A stretch of DNA of 64,000 nucleotides from the NCBI GenBank assembly GCA_038087875.1, contig CM075989.1, positions 13,890,001 through 13,954,000 on the forward strand, read 5' to 3'. A program made the position numbers and the translations under genes. The first letter of the stretch is position 1, and the number at the start of each line of letters is the position of its first letter. The notes under the pieces are model-generated. The model did not search any database. It was not told where the DNA came from and was given only the letters and a program-made list of their open reading frames with translations. The DNA comes from Malacoraja senta (taxonomy: Eukaryota). Shown piece after piece: positions 50,232 through 62,472 of the stretch.

Positions 50232-51169
50232 CTAAGGAGAGAAATTACACAATTGCTTATTTGAAATAACATTAACATTACTTATCTGTTAAAGTCTCCT
50301 TCAAAAAGTTGATCAAGGGAAAAAAAATCACAATGCTTGGAGATAGTTTGATAAGCAAGACATACAAAATAAGCTTCCTTCCTGCAGTTATAAAAATTAC
50401 CAGAGTTTGATAGTGTAGTTCGGTGTGCTTCCTGTCGTAGGCTGTGCATGAGGACAAGAATTGGGATGTCACATTGCAGTTCTACGAAATATTGGTTAGA
50501 TGGCATCTGGGGGTTTATAAAATTTGAGGGACATAGATAAGAGCACTTTTCCAAGGGCAGTGGAGTGGCACAGGTTTAAGTTAAGAGGGAAGAAATTTAA
50601 AGGAGATCGGATAAGTTTGCCACACAAGGAGTGGTGAATATCTAGAACGAGATGGGAGGCAGAAACAATTGCAACATTCAAAAGGCATTTCAACAAGTAG
50701 TTAGATAAGAAAGGTATCCGGGAGATATGAGCCTAATGCGGGCAAAAGGAATTAGTGTAGAATGGCATCAGAGTTGACATGGACGAGGTGGGCTAATGGG
50801 ACTAGTTTCTGTGCTGTACAATTCTATCACTTTAAAAATAGATGGCTGATGGACCAACAGTTTGTTCCTGCGCTATACCACTATGACTTGATATTTTAAT
50901 CTGGAGTATAATCTAAAAAAAATTGTAATAACTGACTGATCAATCCAAATCAACCCACGAGGATAAACAAACTTCTTGATGAACAAAATACATTACATTT
51001 AAAGAAAATTCAACTTAATGTATAGCCTGTCAATTAGTTGCAGTAGGAGACCACTGGTGTTTCCCAGTAAATAAAACTTGCTTCTTTATCTACCCAATCA
51101 TTGCACAATTACCAAGGAATAGGCTGCTAATCAATTATGAGAACTGAATTGGTGGATTGTGAGCAAGTG

Positions 51170-51860
51170 TCAGGTGTTGCACTTTGAGAGGTCAAATGCA
51201 AGGGGATTTGATGTACAGAAAGATCCTGGGGTCCAAGTCCATAGCTCCCTGAAAATAGCAATACAAGTAGAGTGATAAAGAAGGCATATGGTATGCTTGC
51301 CTTCAATCAGTCGAATATAAGAGTAAGGAAGTCATGTTGCAGCTTTACAGGACTTCGGATAGGTGGTATTTTAAGCATTGTGTGCAGTTCTGATTGTCCA
51401 ATTCCAGGAAAGATATGGAGGCTTTGGAGATGGAACAGCAAACGTTTATCAGAATGCTGCCTGGATTAAAGGGTATAAGGATAGATTGGACAAACTTAGA
51501 TTGTTTTCTCTGGAGCATTGGACATTGAGTGGAGACCTGACAGTAGTACATAAAATTGAGAGAGGCATTGATAGGGTAAACAGTCATAATCTTTCTCCCG
51601 TGGTGGAAATGTTATAGGATAAAAGTTTAAAGGAGATGGGTCAGGTCTTTTTACAGTGGTGGGTGCCTTGAATGTGCTGCTTGGGGCAGTGGTGGAAACA
51701 GATACAGTGGCATTTAAAAGGCTTTCAGATAAGCAAGTGGATATGCAGGGAATGGTAGGATACAGATTGTGTGCAGGCATGGATTACTTGAAGTTATTTG
51801 GCATGTTTGCTGGACATTGGGGGGCAAGGGGGCTGTTCTTGTGCTGTACTGTTCTATGAA
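51170..51860 (+). mobile_element. Degraded intronic CR1 3' fragment
   Basis: IKKAYGMLAF and GYKDRLDKLRLFSLE..LSGDLTVVHKI motifs. Confidence 0.75.
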
Positions 51861-51918
51861 TTGTACTGTACAGAAGTTGTGCCAGAAATGAAGTGGAGGT
51901 GCAAGTCCAAAAACCTAC

Positions 51919-52073
51919 CTCAGCACCACTGTAGTTGAAAATCCCCACAACACTGACAGGAACAAGTTTATTCACACAACGACCCAGCGCTTTACGTCCA
52001 AGGGCAAAGACAAAAGGAATTTCTTGTTCCCGAGCCATAGCAATCACATTGTATAAAGCTTCATCTAGTCCAC
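51919..52073 (-). CDS. SECISBP2L: SECISBP2L coding exon (155 nt; L7Ae domain C-terminal half)
   Basis: GGLDEALYNVIAMAREQEIPFVFALGRKALGRCVNKLVPVSVVGIFNYSGAE. tag acceptor, GTAGGT donor. Confidence 0.95.
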
Positions 52074-53019
52074 CTAAAAGAATGAAACTATGAATTAATT
52101 AATATGTTGGCCCAGATTAGCAACCTGAAAAAGGGTCTCGACCCGAAACGTTACCCATTCCTTCTCTCTAGAGATGCTGCCCGTCCCACTGAGTTACTCC
52201 TGCTTTGTGTCCATCTTTAGCAGTTTTAATTATGATAAATTGATAGCAAATGCTATCATTACTCAGTGAAAATAATTTTTGACATTGGAATACATGGAAT
52301 GAAATAATCAATAATGAATCAATAATATCCCACTCCATTTACTGCATTGTTGTGGTGTTCACTAATCAACACACTGATCTATTCAGAACGTTATGGTTTT
52401 CATGCATTCTCACTACATTGCTGAATGAGATGCAACTGCATTTTTTTTTAAACAATTATTTCTCAATTATCCTTGTGGCCCAGGATGACTGAATTTTGTG
52501 TGTGAAATCCCTTAGCAAGTTAAGTTCCAGTTGAATTAAAAAATATATTTTACTTTCCTCCAATATGTAGGTTCATTGAAAGCTATTTTAATACTTCAGA
52601 ATTACATTAGTTACATAGTCAGTTTGATGACAAAACCCCACACTCTTCCTCATGGACTCCCACACTTCATTGCAAATCAGATAGAAAAGGGACAGAATTG
52701 TACCACAAAATCCACTTAAACATTCTGGGCAGATTTTGAGTATGCTCGCTGGAAATTCCAGCCCTTTACATCAGCATTAGATTCCTACAATACCAAGTAG
52801 GAAAATACTGAAATAAAAACAAAATGCTGGAAAAGGTCAACATGGCTACAAAAAAGTAAGTTGTTAATTTTTCTGATGCAGGACCCTTCAGAATTGAGAA
52901 ATAAAGAAATTGAGGGAAGCGGGTGGAACAAGGGGAATTTCTTCGAGAGGGTGAAATAATGTGGCATTGAGCTGCAGTTAAAGATCAGATTAAGCTTGTG
53001 TTGATGATGTCTACTGTAC

Positions 53020-53240
53020 CTTTAGACTGAATTTTCTCACAGTTGGGAGAGATGATCACACATTTAATCTTTTTTAATTTCATATGCTTGGTTACTTCAC
53101 GTAGACCCATGACAAGTCTTCTCTTCATTTTAGCTTTGATTGGATCTTTTTGATAAATACGTTCTTGAAAGCGAACAAGTTCTTGCAGTAGCAGTGTCAC
53201 ACATTCATCGATATCTTTGCTTAGCACTTGATTACAATAT
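53020..53240 (-). CDS. SECISBP2L: SECISBP2L coding exon (221 nt; L7Ae RNA-binding domain)
   Basis: YCNQVLSKDIDECV..RRLVMGLREVTKHMKLKKIKCVIISPNCEKIQSK. cag acceptor, GTACAG donor. Confidence 0.95.
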
Positions 53241-54279
53241 CTGGTCGGGAGAAAATTTTAAAAGATGTTAAAAAAAAAACCATATTGCTGAAATTTTACA
53301 TGTTTAAGGCTGATAACAAAGCTCCATGGAAGAGAGATTTTAATGATTATACAATGGTTCATTCTGCAATGCTAAAATTAATAAGTATCTAATATGTGAA
53401 GTGTTCAAACAACTGTCAATAATCTGTGTCAGCATAAATTCTTTGGAAGCAGTTGGCAGTTGAATGCTGAGCCCCAATACCCCTCAGATGCTGGAATCTT
53501 CATTCCAAAAACAAATTGAATCTCAAAAACAAATTGATGGAGGAACAGTGTCAGGCAGCATCTATGGAGGTAAACAGGCAAACAACACTTTGGGCTGGGA
53601 CCCTTCTTGATTGAAGAAGAGCCCCGATCCAAAGCAGCATCTGTTTAATTCTATGCAAAATCCTTTGATAATTTATTGGTCATCAATATCATTTTTTACT
53701 AATTATTTATCCTCACCTTAAATTACCAATGAAAGGACCCTTTACATTTTTTAAAAACATGTACATTTTAATTTGACCTATTGAACTCCAATAAGTATCC
53801 TGCAAGCAAACAGCATGCATCAAATCACTGCTATTGAGCCAACAGCACAAATAATTTGAAAAGGAAAGCATCTTTGCCTATTTCTTTCCATTGGCTTTCT
53901 CATAAATCAAACACTCCACTAAAAAGACCAAGCATTAAATGGTAATTTGTAGTCAAATGTTCCAATTTTTCTTTAAGCAGAATGAGCAGGGTAGTCATGT
54001 CTTCACTGTCTATTTTCAATGTTTCCAAATGAGGGAAAAATCAAGCTCAGTGGATATATATTTACATATACAGTCTGAACACTGTTCAGCTGAGAGGTGT
54101 CAATGAGTTTCCCAGATTAAACATTTTCTGAATTGAGTATATGTGGCTCATTGATAATCCATCTTTAAAAAAGACATGGTGATCACATGATTACTGTTCA
54201 ATTGCCTTCCATGGAATTGAAAGCATTATATTTTGTGTTCTGCATTTGCAAAGAGAAAAAATGAATGTACATATCAATG

Positions 54280-54600
54280 CCGACACCATGATCGAATGAG
54301 TCATGTATGCTATAGACTTTCTTTATCATCCTATCCACTTGCGTGGCCAGTTTCAGGGAGCTATGGATTTGCACTCCATGATTCCTCTGTACATCAATGC
54401 TTGCAAGGATACTGCAATTTAACGTATATTTTCCTCTGACATTTGTGCAGTGCAAGCATCACTTCACACTTGTTTGCACTGAACTCCATCTTCCATTTCT
54501 TTGCGCAAATTTCCAACTGATCTACAATCTGCTGTATCCTTTGACAATGTCTCTTGCAACTTCACCAAATTTCATGTCATCTTCAAACTTGAAGAATTGA
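54280..54600 (-). mobile_element. Degraded CR1 fragment
   Basis: FKFEDDMKFG (KFADDTK-like) and QIHSSLKLATQVDRMIKK. Confidence 0.65.
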
Positions 54601-55154
54601 AGATGCAGGAATAGATGGTGTAAGGCTGCATCGGTTAAATCCCATAGTAGTGTGGGCAAATACCAGCCAACTATAAAACCAGTTACTAAATCAATAAACG
54701 AGATCCATTTGTGATAGACAGATGTTCCCATCAGCACATTGAATAGCTATGTCAATCAAGGAAGTTGGCCAGTTTGTGTATTTGTTCTTTCTTTGCAGAC
54801 TATGTATTGCAGTGTCAACTCCTTCCCCCCTCCCCCCCCCCCCCTCCCTCCCTCTCGTGCTGCAGGATATTTAAAGAAAAACAAGCTCTGGCAATATATC
54901 ATTCCATTTTGTTAGATACAAGGATGGGAAACAAGTAATTCATTATGCAGTGGGAAATCAATTGGATTTGAATAAGCATTTAAAATTGTCAAATTAATTT
55001 TACTTATCTTCCCACCAATGCTGTTAAAAATATTCTATAACTTTATATTCCTGAAAACTAGTGGCAAATCGAAAAGTTTTATGCTGACTAAAGATAATGT
55101 ATTAAATTGAAATTCATCTTTTTACATAATGCTGCTCATAAAATTAAAATCTAG

Positions 55155-55510
55155 ACAAGTCCTCCCCAATTTAGGGCAGGGTTCCATTCCCAAGAACTGT
55201 TTGTCACGAACAGTTCGCAAGTCAGAAATGCAGCCATAAAGAGAGTTCCCACACGGCAGAAGACGCCTGCAGCCGCACAGCACTGGCAAATCTATCCTGC
55301 CTGTCTCCCAAACCGATCTGTGTACAGCCTGTGAATTAGTTGAGCACCCAAAAGCTGGAGAGGACCTGTATATGCTAAGCATACAAAAATAAAGACTTTT
55401 AAAAAGTATCCTCAATTTCAGTTGCACATTGCTTAAAATTCTAATGATCTTAGTTTCCAACAGCAAATTCCGGATTTATACAGATTGCTTGGATAAGAAA
55501 AGATTTTGTA
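55155..55510. mobile_element. Possible old Tigger/pogo-like MITE
   Basis: The left end resembles Tigger-type subterminal sequence (GGGTTCCATTCC..GTTCGCAAGTC.GAAATG). The TIRs are too decayed to confirm. Confidence 0.3.
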
Positions 55511-57422
55511 CACACAAAACAAAACACATTTGCAATTAAACTCAGCTTATCATCAATATACAAAATTCTTTTCAGTTGGTTAAATTACCACGATTGTATG
55601 ATTATATAAGCTGGGCATTTGAAATATGAAAAACGTGGGAGTGAAGTGGGTGAGAGTTTAAAAATTCTTTAACCTGCTTTAATGAAAAACAATTAAATTA
55701 CACTTCTTGCAACAGCTTGTTCTTAAAATACAAAAGCCATAATCATGAATTTTTAAAGAGGTTATATTAGTGGAAAAGACCATTCAGCCCATGATGTTCC
55801 TCGCTTACACTACACAATACCAATCCAATGAGTCCCACTCCATCACCTTCCCTTTCTGCAAATTCCTTCACTTAGTTTTATTTTGAATGCCATAATTGAG
55901 TCTGCCCTCATGGTACCCCAGTATCACGATCCGGATCCAAGCCACTTACTGCATAGAAGTAGTTTTTCTCATGTCACCTTGTTCTTTTGCCAATTACCTG
56001 CATTCCATATCCTCTCGTTCTTAACCCCTCTACCGAGCGGAATACGTTTTCTCCATCTACTGTGCTAGACCCCTCACAATTTTTAAACACCACCACATCA
56101 CCTCATTATCTTCTTTGTCCACAGAACATCTGAAGTTATGCAAATTTGAAGCGACAGGATTTATGTTACTTTGGAAAGATAGGGGACTAGTTAAGGATAA
56201 TTGGCATGGTTTTGTGAGGGAAATCATGTCACACTAATTTCATATTTGAGGAAGTAACAAAGGAGATTAATGAAGACTCCAATTAGTTGCAAAGTTGGGT
56301 GGAGTGATAGCGCATGGAATTTAGATGGTAGAAATATTTTGCTCGTGGCAGGGTTATCAAAATTAAGAGGGCAGAGCTTCAAGTCAAGAGACAGATTTAG
56401 ATCTTGGGGGTTAACTTTTTAAAATCAGAGTCAAGGAAACTCACTGTCAAGGAAAGTAGTGGAATCAGGATCGGTTTTTCTTTTCCTCTCTTTCATTCAG
56501 TCTAATCTGTGTTTGAATAATTTAGGCAGCCATTAAAGCCGACAAGGCATTGAAGGAAAGGGTCCTAATGAAAGCAAATGGGAATAGTGTACATGGGGGA
56601 AAAAGGGCATCATGGTTGTGAAGGAACAAAGGGGCCATTAATCTACAAAAAACATTTTTCAGTCTACATTTACATTCATATCAGGATGGAACGGACTGCC
56701 ACATTAGAAATGGGTGTAGATGCTTTGTTTCAGGAGTCTTCTGCCAGAGTAATTCTGCAAGTAGCTATGGTTCTAAAACAAAACTCTTAGATTTAAGACA
56801 CCAAAAAAGACTTAAATATTTTAAACTAAATTCTGAGATATGCAATTTCAACACCAAAATATACATCAAGCACTTAGTGAACTTGAAAAGGTTCAGGTAC
56901 ATGGATAGGAAAGTTTTGTAGGGATATGGGACAAACGCAGGCAGGTGGGAATAGTGTAGATGAGGCAACCTGGTGGTCATGGGCAAGATGGAGGATTGTT
57001 TCCTTGAATGATGATGGCTCTACAAGAAAGCTCGTGCTCTACCATAGAGTTGATTTTTCCCCCAATGATGGTTTTTTTGTGCAAAATAATAGACATGAGT
57101 GCAGTCTACTTTCTTTTATGAACTTGTGTAAAGTTTATTTTTAATTTATACATAATTTTTGTGTGTTTGTCCAAGTCTATGTGCCTGTAATGCTACTGCA
57201 AGCAAGATTTTTCATTGTACTTGTACCTCATCATACGTACACATATAATACTCTAAATAAAACAATTAAGGTTTTAGATGAAGCATTGAGTTAGATTTTA
57301 CTCCAGAGCCCAGCACATGTAGTCTTATGTGCCTCTATTTCGCTTAGCCACGTTAGAAAAAGCCAAGTTTTCACGATACTTCAAACAAGAGGCAACTTTT
57401 ATAAATTTCCAAATAAGCTTAC

Positions 57423-57585
57423 TCTCTAAAGCGCCTGCTGTGAATTTTTGTGATGGTTGAAGATGCCATTGGACTGCCAACTCCTGAACTGACAGGGGAC
57501 CCTTGCGAAACTGGTGTCATGCTGTATGGGGAATTCTGGCTTGCAGGAGACAGAGAAGTGTCACTGGTAGCACTCAATCCAATAT
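57423..57585 (-). CDS. SECISBP2L: SECISBP2L coding exon (163 nt; includes KIHSRRFRE of the Sec incorporation domain)
   Basis: DIGLSATSDTSLSPASQNSPYSMTPVSQGSP..ITKIHSRRFRE. cag acceptor, GTAAGC donor. Confidence 0.95.
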
Positions 57586-58382
57586 CTGAAAATAAGAACT
57601 GCACGTTACCTATCTTCATTGCAACAATTTAAATCATCAATAACAACAATTCATTCTAGCAATAAGGCATGTTGTGCTGCTTGCTCCATGGGTACTGGAA
57701 TATCCAGATCCAATTTTGAAAATGATCATGCATGTCAAGTTTTTGTCTCATGAGGTTATTTTGACATTAATTTCAGAGATGCCCATATTAAAATATATAA
57801 CTCATCCTTATTTAGGTCTCTCGACTATTACACATTCTATTTAAGCTTTTACTTGCAGATTTATTCTTTAATGGCGGAGACTATATGAGCTACTGCACCT
57901 CAAGTGGTAATATGCAATTAGTTATACCTTTGCCTGGTCATTAAATAAACAATTGCACAATGACATTTTGGACAGTACATTTGTTTCTTAAGGCTGCAAC
58001 TCCCAAGCTGTCTGGCTATCACTTTTGAAGACAGAATGGACGTGTTTTCTTTTTACGTATGTTATCTTTATATGTTTTGTTGCCAAATTCCTAAATTTAT
58101 TGATATTGATAAAAATTAATTATTTATCCTTTTTACTTGTATCTGAAATTGGGCAATTAAGGAGTGATCATAGGACTTTTTTTTAAAAGAAAATAAGAAA
58201 TCAGAGTTAGAACCCAAATTGGAGTTTACAAAAATTCTCAAAATTGAATAAATTACGAGGTTTGGAGAATGAAATGTAATTTTTTTTCTTATTTCATTAA
58301 CCAACTGAAGAAATTGCATGCACAGATGTTATTTTTATTATTATCGGAAAACAGCAAGTTTTTAAAGCCAACTAAATGGATA

Positions 58383-58558
58383 AAGGTAGACACGAAATGC
58401 TGAAGTAACTCAGCGGGTTAGGCAGCATCTCTGGAGAGAAAGAATGGGTGATGTAATCCATTCCTTCTCTCCAGAGATGCTGCCTGACCAGCTGAGTTAC
58501 TCCAGCATTTTGTGTCTACCTTCGATTTAAACCAGCATCTGCAGTTCTTTCCTACACA
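58383..58558. mobile_element. Intronic fold-back Penelope-terminus element
   Basis: Arms at 58383-58447 and 58458-58522 are near reverse complements. Flanking near-duplication TAAA(T/G)GGATAAAGG at 58373-58386 and 58559-58572. Confidence 0.8.
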
Positions 58559-59052
58559 TAAAGGGATAAAGGGTTTTTTCTGGAAAAAAGTAAAATCAGT
58601 TTAGTTTATTTAAAGCTTCCAACAAAATAACGTCAAAACTTAAACAAAAATTCACGTTTAAATGGTGTGACGACTGCTGAAAAAAAAGATTTCCTTCTAT
58701 TCAAAGGCATGTTAAGCAATCAGGCAAGTCCAACATCATTTGTTGATAGGTTTCAATTGCAGATGGACAAATTAGTTATCTGAGGAGAGCTTCAGAAAGA
58801 ATAAAATGCAACTCTGATTTCCTGTTGGCTAGTCATGAGGATTCAATGAAGCAGCATTTCACAATTAAGTTTCTTCTGTTGTCACCTTTGCAAAAAACGT
58901 TGTGCTCCATCACACAAAGAATATTGTGGATGGCGAAATATGAGCGAAATTGTCAATGGTGCACAAAAATATATCAAAAGAGATATTTAACCACAGCTAC
59001 AAAAGAACAAAAAAAAACTAAAATATTAATTCACTCCATGTAGAGCACTTGC

Positions 59053-59191
59053 CTTCCTGAGAAACGACTTCCTGGGTTAATGTCTGCTCCTCCTGAAAGC
59101 TTAGTTGCGCATCACCTTGTTCCTCCGATCCAACAATAGTTGGCTCTATTGAAAATCTATTTTTCTTTTCCTCTCTTTCCTTCAGTATAAT
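59053..59191 (-). CDS. SECISBP2L: SECISBP2L coding exon (139 nt, GC donor); not in the ORF track
   Basis: IILKEREEKKNRFSIEPTIVGSEEQ...QEVVSQE. cag acceptor, AAG|GCAAGT donor in the phase required by the next exon. Confidence 0.9.
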
Positions 59192-59689
59192 CTGTGTAGA
59201 GCAAAAAAGGGTTTTAATGTGCTGTTAGGAACGATAACTAAGGTATAATAATTCTCTATTGTAGTTATCCATATGTTGCATTATATAGGTAACTAAAACA
59301 TTTCAAATCCTTTCTGAATCAGCTGTCTCCTTTCCCTTTTTTTCTATTGAATACTACACATTTGATTGAAAGGAGGATGGATGGCCAAACCTTTGTTTAA
59401 GCTGCAGCTCAGGCAAATAATGGGTTTGGTGAACCTTCCTTAAAAAGGTGGGTTACTTAGTCTCAACAAACCATCTCAACCAAACTCACTGATCAGACAT
59501 CCATATTCAGATTCTACTCAAGGGAATCTTGAGTTGAGTTAGTCATTATTTAAGGATAAATCATAACTTTTCCTCATTAATATCAACGTTTGTCTTTCAT
59601 TTACTACAACCAAGTTATATTAAAACAAATTAAATAAAACTAAATATACCCAGCCATAATTAAGATTGATAATTCTGACCACATTTTAC

Positions 59690-59853
59690 CTTTTTAAGAG
59701 CAGTTGGACGTTTTGCTTTTGGAATCTCCCTTTCCTTCCCTCTTCTTATCCTCAGGACACCAGAATCCAATGGATTATGAAATCCAACAAATTGATTGTG
59801 TAAATGTTTCATGCTCCCACAATCTTTGACAGAAAAAAGCGCTGTTGTACCAA
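59690..59853 (-). CDS. SECISBP2L: SECISBP2L coding exon (164 nt)
   Basis: VGTTA...HNPLDSGVLRIRRGKEREIPKAKRPTALKK. cag acceptor, GTAAAA donor. Confidence 0.93.
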
Positions 59854-60842
59854 CTGGAAAAGGGACAAGAAAACATTTATTGGAACAATATTTCAATGAC
59901 AAAGGTGAACTTAGTACACTGCAACTGACCTCAGGATTCTGAGACCAATGCCTGCAAATGACAAGATATTAAATGAGACTGTTGAGATAAAATGAACTTT
60001 AAACAGTAGAATTTGAGATAACTGGAACATCAGATGGTCTCCTATACATCCTGACCCCTGGCTTTGAATCCAACTAATTTTTCTGTTGGCTGCAATAGCC
60101 CTATCACTCGAGAACACAAACCATTTCCTAATAGAAAGCTAAAATTGATTTAAGATAAGAGACTGATACTGGTTCAATACAACTCAATTTTTGTGGTGGC
60201 AGCTAAGAGACATTGTTAGGGGTTATTCTGGCTCCAATCCATCCAAAGTAGTGAAATTTTATATTCCTTATATAGTATCTCACTTCCAATAGTAGAAAAA
60301 AATAAAAATGGGTCTACTTTACAGGAAAAAATGTGAGATTAAATATTATGTTGTCAAATATTTCCATATGTTTTTTCAAAATAACCATGGACATATCAAA
60401 TTAGAAAAGGGAAAATCTGGACTGTAATTCAGACAAAGCAGGTATCATGTTTCTCAATGGGAAGATATTGAATGCATTCTACATGGTCTTTTTCACCCAC
60501 ATCTCTGACAAGTTACATTTAAATGTTCAAAATCACACGAAGAATGGCAGGTGCCATTCAGGGTGCAAAACCAAACTAAATAGTGGAATCTGCAAAGAAG
60601 AAACAGTTTTGATTACACAGCAGTTCAGGCAGCAATTGTAGAGATCATAGACCAGAAGCATCAACCACTTGCATCTCTACAGATGCTGCCGCACTTACGA
60701 AGCATTTTTAGAATTGCCTCAATATTTCCTTCTGTGCAATTACTTTGATGAATTTGAATTCTTTGGTATTTTAATAGAAACATTAAGAGGAAGTAGTCCA
60801 AGGAAAGAAAATTAGGTACCCAAGTACAACAATGAAATTTAC

Positions 60843-60984
60843 CCGAGTATGACAGTGGTTTTGTATTCGTCATTTGTCTTGCTTTCATGGCTTGCTGCTG
60901 CTTCTCTAGAGCAGCTAACATGTCACCAAGATCCAGTTGTACGGGAGCTTTACTCTTCCTCCCTGCTGCCTTATTCAGAGCCTC
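60843..60984 (-). CDS. SECISBP2L: SECISBP2L coding exon (142 nt)
   Basis: EALNKAAGRKSKAPVQLDLGDMLAALEKQQQAMKARQMTNTKPLSYS. aag acceptor, GTAAAT donor. Confidence 0.93.
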
Positions 60985-61336
60985 CTTGAGAAAATGCAAA
61001 GCATGAAAAAGACCAAGCACAAAGAGCTGCAGGCAACAATGCACTAAATGAATGTTTTGGAACACCTAAGTGTATTTTGTTTAGAAGATAATGAGGGTAT
61101 TTTTTTTTAAATCTATACAATTTTAATGGATATCCATCATAGTGCACAAGTTTACAACCATAGACTTACATTGAGGAATATTAATTTTGTGACTTGCCTT
61201 TACCCTGCTAATCAAATACAACTGCTTTAGGTTTATGGATGCCAAAAGTGACCCAATGTTAAAGATAAACAATGAACTATGAACCATAATATTTGCCAAC
61301 TTTCTAAACTTGGCCTATTACTAAAAAGGTACTCAC

Positions 61337-61504
61337 CTGGAGCTTTTTTTGCTCCATGCTAATTTCTGAATACTCCTGAGCTGTGGCAAGTGCTGCAGCC
61401 AATGCTTTTTTCCTTTGACTTTTAGCACGTTTTGGAATAGCTGTAGTTATTGGAATTGGTGTCTGTACGATGTTGATTGGAGAGGTTTCTGGGAGATCAC
61501 CCAC
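61337..61504 (-). CDS. SECISBP2L: SECISBP2L coding exon (168 nt)
   Basis: VGDLPETSPINIVQTPIPITTAIPKRAKSQRKKALAAALATAQEYSEISMEQKKLQ. tag acceptor, GTGAGT donor. Confidence 0.95.
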
Positions 61505-61650
61505 CTAGGGAAAGGCATAGTAAATCATAACAATGATCAACACAGCCAAATTCCTATATTACTTATTTATCTCAAGAATTAAAATAGAGTTATTCAAATG
61601 TAACATTTTGCTGAATATAATGGGAAACCAAGATCCAAAACCATACTTAC

Positions 61651-61767
61651 CCCCACTGACTTTTTAGGGAGTTGACAAACGGAAGAACATTTAGTCTGAG
61701 TATTATCAAGGCCAACTCTCTTAGAAACCCCTGCTCCACTAATCAATTCCGGAAACTCACTGTCATC
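61651..61767 (-). CDS. SECISBP2L: SECISBP2L coding exon (117 nt); not in the ORF track
   Basis: DDSEFPELISGAG...PKKSVG. tag acceptor, GTAAGT donor, phase 0/0. Confidence 0.85.
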
Positions 61768-62319
61768 CTATTTAGAAAAGATTTACACGTTGTTGAAAGG
61801 CAAGAGCATAAAACGCAGTACTAGTGGCAGTCAATGAACAGTAATAACTTGATAGGTATCTCGTATTTCTATGAAGACTGTTTTGCCATTATTGTCTTGT
61901 CATTGTTCTGGAAACAATATTTGTCTGATATGATGCTATTTAATGGAAAACCTTTATAGCAAGTCAAATATCTGTTCACAGAACAGAGAATTTTGAACTT
62001 GGAATGTTATTACAGTATTGAAATACATTTCTTTTGGATTTAAATGTACCTGATAACAGATTGCCTTAAGACATTAGGAATACATATTTAGAACTCTACA
62101 TCAGTCTGCTTAGCCTAGTCAATGCTCGTTGTTCAAGACTCCAGGGCTTACATCAGCTAATGCAAGCCAGGATAGAGATTAAAATCGCATTTTGCATGCA
62201 CATAGCTGCAGCACACAAAGCTTTACACTTATTAGGTCCCAAACCAGGAATGATCAATCGAAGAAGCAACTAAACAAATTCAAACATTTAATGTGCATTA
62301 GTGTACAAAACTCGAATAC

Positions 62320-62472
62320 CTTAAAATATAACGAATTATTATTTTGTTCAGCTCCGGTCTTTCGCCCATTGGTAAACTGCAGTTTTTCAGGGGACTGTCT
62401 GGCATTCCAATCACGATTCTTCTGTTGGCTTGGTGTTCTGTCTGGGTCTTGCATCCTCCCTCTGAAACAATC
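62320..62472 (-). CDS. SECISBP2L: SECISBP2L coding exon (153 nt)
   Basis: DCFRGR...NNNSLYFK corresponds to the human VGFRCRG...SLYFE exon as recalled. cag acceptor, AAG|GTATTC donor. Confidence 0.75.

Noticed and set aside
60982..60987. NAGNAG alternative acceptor (AAG GAG)
   Set aside because: GAG is a rarely used acceptor, and homology (LQ-EAL) fits the first AG.
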